DNA of 64,000 bases from the human T2T-CHM13v2.0 reference genome, Homo sapiens, in assembly GCF_009914755.1 (NCBI RefSeq), contig NC_060948.1, one strand, 5' to 3'. Of the stretch, positions 53,929-64,000 are shown in pieces. The notes below the pieces were generated by a model. That model had not been told where the DNA came from. It ran no database searches and saw only the letters and a list, made by a program, of their open reading frames with translations. The translations under genes and the position numbers were made by a program. How positions within the stretch are numbered: position 1 is the first letter of the stretch; every line of letters begins with the position of its first letter.

Positions 53929-56024
53929 AGATCCATATTTTTTAAATGAAAAAAAATTTCAAAGGTACTCTGCTTGGTACAATAATCAAATGTATAAAGT
54001 GAGGAATAAAACATAACCATGAAACCTACTTATAACTGCATATGGAAAATACAGAGGATAATTTTTTAAATAACATATTTTGAAAGCCTTAACTAGTAAT
54101 TTGAAGAGTTGGCATTTGAAAGGCCAGTATGAATATACCTTCAAAGCAGCAACACAGGTTCCCCATGAGAAACAGCAAACTCAGGGAAAATAAAACCACA
54201 AAGGTTCAATCTCTTCTAACCTTTGAAAGACACAGCACAGACAGTGGTCCTTAGGACGAAGAGCAGGAGACCCCTAATTCCGTCACCATGGCGATAGGGC
54301 ATAAACATTGCTGGGTGAGGGCACAATCCACATTGTGAGGTCCAACTGCTGCCAGGAAGACAGGAGTGCTTTTACATAGACCGAAAGGTCATTGAAGGCT
54401 CAGAGTTTTGTTTCAAGAACTGAATCCCAAGCCCACACGTTATTAGGCTGCGCTTCTTAAAACAAGTTATGAGATGGGAAAAAGGGCACCCACAAACATA
54501 CGTATACATTATGTATATAATAATATACAGTATCATACATATAATATATATAACCTATGTATAATATTGTTTTACATCCTGCATCTTATATTATATATAT
54601 TGTCTAAAATATAATAATTGATAATATATAAGTTTTATATTTATACAATATGACATATAGTATATATTATAATTTATGACATATATAATATATGTTATAT
54701 ATCATATATAGAATATATTATACGGTTAATATACGTATTAAATATAAATTATACATTATATATATTATATATAATATATCTGTTATATATAATACCCATT
54801 ATGCATAATATGTATATTATGTCTATGTTATATATAGTATAAAATAACATATAATAATACATAATTGTATATATAAAATGCGACATATAATATATATTTT
54901 ATTTTATGACATATGTAATATATATTATATATTATATATAATACGTTGTATGTATAATACCTATATTAAATATATATTATATGACTATGTTATTAATTAC
55001 ATGTCACATATGTTATATATTATATATTTTACATAGAATATACCGGTTACATACAATATATACTATGTTACCTATAATGTATAATTGATTACATGTAAAA
55101 TAAAGAATGCAATATATTATGTATAATTTATAATATACAATATGTGGAATGTGATATATATAACATATAATATATGATATATGACATACAGTATATGATA
55201 TATAACATACAATATATGATACCTAGTATATATGGTATACAATATATATTTTATGATATGTATTCTATATGTTTTATATTCTGTTATATATAACTATTTG
55301 AAATTATATATAACTGTATAATATTTTATGTAAATATGTAATATAATATATATAACTATATAATATATTATATATAACTATATATTATGTTATATATACT
55401 TTTATAACATAATTTACATAAAATGTCATAATATAATATATATTATATTATTCCACATTACATAATTTATATTACATATCACCCAATATAAGTAACATAG
55501 ATAATATTATAATATAGATTATATTATGTTATATTAAATATCATATATATCATGTATCATATATTCTATAATATATATTACACATTATATAATATGTATG
55601 TTGTCTATTATGTGATATATATAACTATATATATAATTATATTATTATACATATAACTATATAAACATGTAATTCTACATATTTTCATTTATAATATATA
55701 GAATTATATAATCATATATAATTATTTATATTCTATAAAAAATTATATCATTATATAAATTATAATATAAAAAAATTATAATGTGTACTACAAATATATA
55801 TATTATATATCATATATGATATAGTACCTTTGTTATATATCATAATACATATAAATGTGTATTGTTATCTATAATTATATAATTTCATATATAAGATATA
55901 TAATATGTATTATATATTGTATATGTTATGTAATATATATAGTATATATAAGCTGACACAGGATAAATATTATATACTATGACATATAAAATATATGAGG
56001 TTATATGTTACATATAAGGCATAG

Positions 56025-56345
<321 letters not shown>

Positions 56346-58450
56346 AGATCCATATTTTTTAAATGAAAAAAAATTTCAAAGGTACTCTGCTTGGTACAAT
56401 AATCAAATGTATAAACTGAGGAATAAAACATAACCATGAAACCTACTTATAACTGCATATGGAAAATACAGAGGATAATTTTTTAAATAACATATTTTGA
56501 AAGCCTTAACTAGTAATTTGAAGAGTTGGCATTTGTAAGGCCAGTATGAATATACCTTCAAAGCAGCAACACAGGTTCCCCATGAGAAAAAGCAAACTCA
56601 GGGGAAATAAAACCACAAAGGTTCAATCTCTTCTGACCTTTGAAAGACACAGCACAGACAGTGGTCCTTAGGACGAAGAGCAGGAGACCCCTAATTCCGT
56701 CACCATGGCGATAGGGCATAAACATTGCTGGGTGAGGGCACAATCCACATTGTGAGGTCCAACTGCTGCCAGGAAGACAGGAGTGCTTTTACATAGACCG
56801 AAAGGTCATTGAAGGCTCAGAGTTTTGTTTCAAGAACTGAATCCCAAGCCCACACGTTATTAGGCTGCGCTTCTTAAAACAAGTTATGAGATGGGAAAAA
56901 GGGCACCCACAAACATACGTATACATTATGTATATAATAATATACAGTATCATATATAAAATATGTATAACCAATGTATAATATTGTTTTACATCCTGCA
57001 TCTTGTATTATATATATTGTATAAAATATAATAATTGATAATATATAAGTTTTATATTTATACAATATGACATATAGTATATATTATACTTTATGACATA
57101 TATAATATATGTTATATATCATACATAGAATATATTATACGGTTAATATATGTATTAAATATAAATTATACATTATATATATTATATAAAATATATCTGT
57201 TATATATAATACCCATTATGCATAATATATATATTATGTCTATGTTATATATAGTATAAAACAACATATAATAATATATAATTGTATATATAAAATGCGA
57301 CATATAATATATATTATATTTTATGACATATGTAATATATATTATATATTATATATAATACGTTGTATGTATAATACCTATATTAAATATATATTATATG
57401 ACTATGTTATTAATTACATGTCACATATGTTATATATTATATATTTTACATAGAATATACCGGTTACATACAATATATACTATGTTACCTATAATGTATA
57501 ATTGATTACATGTAAAATAAAGAATGCAATATATTATGTATAATTTATAATATACAATATGTTGAATGTGATATATATAACATATAATATATGATATATG
57601 ATATACAGTATATGATATATAACATACAATATATGATACCTAATATATATGGTATACAATATATATTTTAAGATATGTATTCTATATGTTTTATATTCTG
57701 TTATATATAACTATTTGAAATTATATATAACTGTATAATATTTTATGTAAATATGTAATATAATATATATAACTATATAATATATTATATATAACTATAT
57801 ATTATGTTATATATACTTTTATAACATAATTTACATAAAATGTCATAATATAATATATATTATATTATTTCACATTACATAATATATATTACATATCACC
57901 CAATATAAGTAACATACATAATATTATAATATAGATTATATTATGTTATATTAAATATCATATATATCATGTATCATATATTCTATAATATATATTACAC
58001 ATTATATAATATGTATGTTGTCTATTTTGTGATATATAAAACTATATATATAATTATATTATTATACATATAACTAGATAAACATGTAATTCTACATATT
58101 TTCATTTGTAATATATAGAATTATATAATCATATATAATTATTTATATTCTATAAAATATTATATCATTATATAAATTATAATATAAAAAAATTATAATA
58201 TGTACTACAAATATACATATTATATATCATATATGATATAGTACCTTTGTTATATATCATAATACATATAAATGTGTATTATGTTATCTATAATTATATA
58301 ATTTCATATATAAGATGTATAATATGTATTATATATTGTCTATGTTATGTAATATATATAGTATATGTAAGCTGACACAGGATAAATATTATATACAATG
58401 ACATATAAAATATATGAGGTTATATGTTACATATAAGGCATAGCACATAA

Positions 58451-58765
<315 letters not shown>

Positions 58766-60863
58766 AGATCCATATTTTTTAAATGAAAAAAAATTTCAAA
58801 GGTACTCTGCTTGGTACAATAATCAAATGTATAAACTGAGGAATAAAACATAACCATGAAACCTACTTATAACTGCATATGGAAAATACAGAGGATAATT
58901 TTTTAAATAACATATTTTGAAAGCCTTAACTAGTAATTTGAAGAGTTGGCATTTGAAAGGCCAGTATGAATATACCTTCAAAGCAGCAACACAGGTTCCC
59001 CATGAGAAAAAGCAAACTCAGGGAAAATAAAACCACAAAGATTCAATCTCTTCTGACCTTTGAAAGACACAGCACAGACAGTGGTCCTTAGGACGAAGAG
59101 CAGGAGACCCCTAATTCCGTCACCATGGCGATAGGGCATAAACATTGCTGGGTGAGGGCACAATCCACATTGAGAGGTCCAACTGCTACCAGGAAGACAG
59201 GAGTGCTTTTACATAGACCGAAAGGTCATTGAAGGCTCAGAGTTTTGTTTCAAGAACTGAATCCCAAGCCCACACGTTATTAGGCTGCGCTTCTTAAAAC
59301 AAGTTATGAGATGGGAAAAAGGGCACCCACAAACATACGTATACATTATGTATATAATAATATACAGTATCATATATATAATATATATAACCTATGTATA
59401 ATATTGTTTTACATCATGCATCTTATATTATATATATTGTATAAAATATAATAATTCATAATATATAACGTTTATATTTATACAATATGACATATAGTAT
59501 ATATTATACTTTATGACATATATAATATATGTTATATATCATATATAGAATATATTATACGGTTAATATACGTATTAAATATAAATTATACATTATATAT
59601 ATTATATAAAATATATCTGTTATATATAATACACTTTATGCATAATATATATATTATGTCTATGTTATATATAGTATAAAACAACTTATAATAATATATA
59701 ATTGTATATATAAAATGCGACATATAATATATATTATATTTTATGACATATGTAATATATATTATATATTATATATAATACGTTGTATGTATAATACCTA
59801 TATTAAATATATATTATATGACTATGTTATTAATTACATGTCACATATGTTATATATTATATATTTTACATAGAATATACCGGTTACATGCAATATATAC
59901 TATGTTACCTATAATGTATAATTGATTACATGTAAAATAAAGAATGCAATATATTATGTATAATTTATAATATACAATATGTGGAATGTGATATATATAA
60001 CATATAATATATGATATATGATATACAGTATATGATATATAACATACAATATATGATACCTAATATATATGGTATACAATATATATTTTATGATATGTAT
60101 TCTATATGTTTTATATTCTGTTATATATAACTATTTGAAATTATATATAACTGTATAATATTTTATGCAAATATGTAATATAATATATATAACTATATAA
60201 TATATTATATATAACTATATATTATGTTATATATACTTTTATAACATAATTTACATTAAATATCATAATATAATATATATTATATTATTTCACATTACAT
60301 AATATATATTACATATCACCCAATATAAGTAACATACATAATATTATAATATAGATTATATTATGTTATATTAAATATCATATATATCATGTATCATATA
60401 TTCTATAATATATATTACACATTATATAATATGTATGTTGTCTATTATGTGATATATATAACTATATATATAATTATATTATTATACATATAACTAGATA
60501 AACATGTAATTCTACATATTTTCATTTATAATATATAGAATTATATAATCATATATAATTATTTATATTCTATAAAAAATTATATCATTATATAAATTAT
60601 AATATAAAAAAATTATAATATGTACTACAAATATATATATTATATATCATATATGATATAGTACCTTTGTTATATATCATAATACATATAAATGTGTATT
60701 ATGTTATCTATAATTATATAATTTCATATATAAGATGTATAATATGTATTATATATTGTAAATGTTATGTAATATATATAGTATATATAAGCTGACACAG
60801 GATAAATATTATATACTATGACATATAAAATATATGAGGTTATATGTTACATATAAGGCATAG

Positions 60864-61184
<321 letters not shown>

Positions 61185-63309
61185 AGATCCATATTTTTTA
61201 AATGAAAAAAAATTTCAAAGGTACTCTGCTTGGTACAATAATCAAATGCATAAACTGAGGAATAAAACATAACCATGAAACCTACTTATAACTGCATATG
61301 GAAAATACAGAGGATAATTTTTTAAATAACATATTTTGAAAGCCTTAACTAGTAATTTGAAGAGTTGGCATTTGAAAGGCCAGTATGAATATACCTTCAA
61401 AGCAGCAACACAGGTTCCCCATGAGAAAAAGCAAACTCAGGGAAAATAAAACCACAAAGGTTCAATCTCTTCTGACCTTTGAAAGACACAGCACAGACAG
61501 TGGTCCTTAGGACGAAGAGCAGGAGACCCCTAATTCCGTCACCATGGCGATAGGGCATAAACATTGCTGGGTGAGGGCACAATCCACATTGTGAGGTCCA
61601 ACTGCTGCCAGGAAGTCAGGACTGCTTTTACATAGACCGAAAGGTCATTGAAGGCTCAGAGTTTTGTTTCAAGAACTGAATCCCAAGCCCACATGTTATT
61701 AGGCTGCGCTTCTTAAAACAAGTTATGAGATGGGAAAAAGGGCACCCACAAACATACGTATACATTATGTATATAATAATATACAGTATCATATATATAA
61801 TATATATAACCTATGTATAATATTGTTTTACATCCTGCATCTTATATTATATATATTGTATAAAATATAATAATTGATAATATATAAGTTTTATATTTAT
61901 ACAATATGACATATAGTATATATTATAATTTATGACATATATAATATATGTTATATATCATATATAGAATATATTATACGGTTAATATACGTATTAAATA
62001 TAAATTATACATTATATATATTATATATAATATATCTGTTATATATAATACCCATTATGCATAATATATATATTATGTCTATGTTATATATAGTATAAAA
62101 CAACATATAATAATATATAATTGTATATATAAAATGCGACATATAATATATATTTTATTTTATGACATATGTAATATATATTATATATTATATATAATAC
62201 GTTGTATGTATAATACCTATATTAAATATATATTATATGACTATGTTATTAATTACATGTCACATATGTTATATATTATATATTTTACATAGAATATACC
62301 GGTTACATACAATTTATACTATGTTACCTATAATGTATAATTGATTACATGTAAAATAAAGAATGCAATATATTATGTATAATTTATAATATACAATATG
62401 TGGAATGTGATATATATAACATATAATATATGATATATGATATACAGTATATGATATATAACATACAATATATGATACCTAATATATATGGTATACAATA
62501 TATATTTTATGATATGTATTCTATATGTTTTATATTCTGTTATATATAACTATTTGAAATTATATATAACTGTATATTTTATGTAAATATGTAATATAAT
62601 ATATATAACTATATAATATATTATATAAAACTATATATTATGTTATATATACTTTTATAACATAATTTACATAAAATGTCATAATATAATATATATTATA
62701 TTATTTCACATTACATAATATATATTACATATCACCCAATATAAGTAACATACATAATATTATAATATAGATTATATTATGTTATATTAAATATCATATA
62801 TATCATGTATCATATATTCTATAATATATATTACACATTATATAATATGTATGTTGTCTATTTTGTGATATATAAAACTATATATATAATTATATTATTA
62901 TACATATAACTAGATAAGCATGTAATTATACATATTTTCATTTGTAATATATAGAATTATATAATCATATATAATTATTTATATTCTATAAAAAATTATA
63001 TCATTATATAAATTATAATATAAAAAAATTATAATATGTACTACAAATATATATATTATATATCATATATGATATAGTACCTTTGTTATATATCATAATA
63101 CATATAAATGTGTATTATGTTATCTATAATTATATAATTTCATATATAAGATGTATAATATGTATTATATATTGTCTATGTTATGTAATATATATAGTAT
63201 ATGTAAGCTGACACAGGATAAATATTATATACTATGACATATAAAATATATGAGGTTATATGTTACATATAAGGCATAGCACATAACATGTAATATATAT
63301 CATATATAA

Positions 63310-63601
<292 letters not shown>

Positions 63602-64000
63602 AGATCCATATTTTTTAAATGAAAAAAAATTTCAAAGGTACTCTGCTTGGTACAATAATCAAATGTATAAACTGAGGAATAAAACATAACCATGAAACCT
63701 ACTTATAACTGCATATGGAAAATACAGAGGATAATTTCTTAAATAACATATTTTGAAAGCCTTAACTAGTAATTTGAAGAGTTGGCATTTGAAAGGCCAG
63801 TATGAATATACCTTCAAAGCAGCAACACAGGTTCCCCATGAGAAAAAGCAAACTCAGGGAAAATAAAACCACAAAGGTTCAATCTCTTCTGACCTTTGAA
63901 AGACACAGCACAGACAGTGGTCCTTAGGACGAAGAGCAGGAGACCCCTAATTCCGTCACCATGGCGATAGGGCATAAACATTGCTGGGTGAGGGCACAAT

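Overview
The whole 64 kb window is one uninterrupted head-to-tail tandem array of a ~2,420 bp composite unit (about 26.4 copies, 27 Alu-containing segments, all in the same orientation). Each unit has a minus-strand, slightly 5'-truncated AluY/Sc-like element with an internal 16-bp duplication (~290 bp), a ~570 bp moderately GC-rich unique block (HSATI component) and ~1,560 bp of extremely AT-rich degenerate (TA)n sequence. This architecture, the unit length and a predicted ~2.15 kb HaeIII fragment match human DYZ2/HSat1B satellite, most likely the Yq12 heterochromatin. All supplied ORFs are by-products of the repeat; I see no credible gene, RNA gene, CRISPR array or new biological system. What is interesting is the array's internal history. 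Two unit subtypes are arranged in blocks (A-B-A-B), subtype switches fall inside units (one inside an Alu), there are traces of a ~34-36 kb higher-order duplication, local 1-, 2- and 4-unit duplications, mosaic units suggesting conversion, and CpG-decay variants suggesting germline methylation. Units are numbered by Alu, unit 1 Alu = 420-711. Variant calls were made by eye and need an alignment to confirm.
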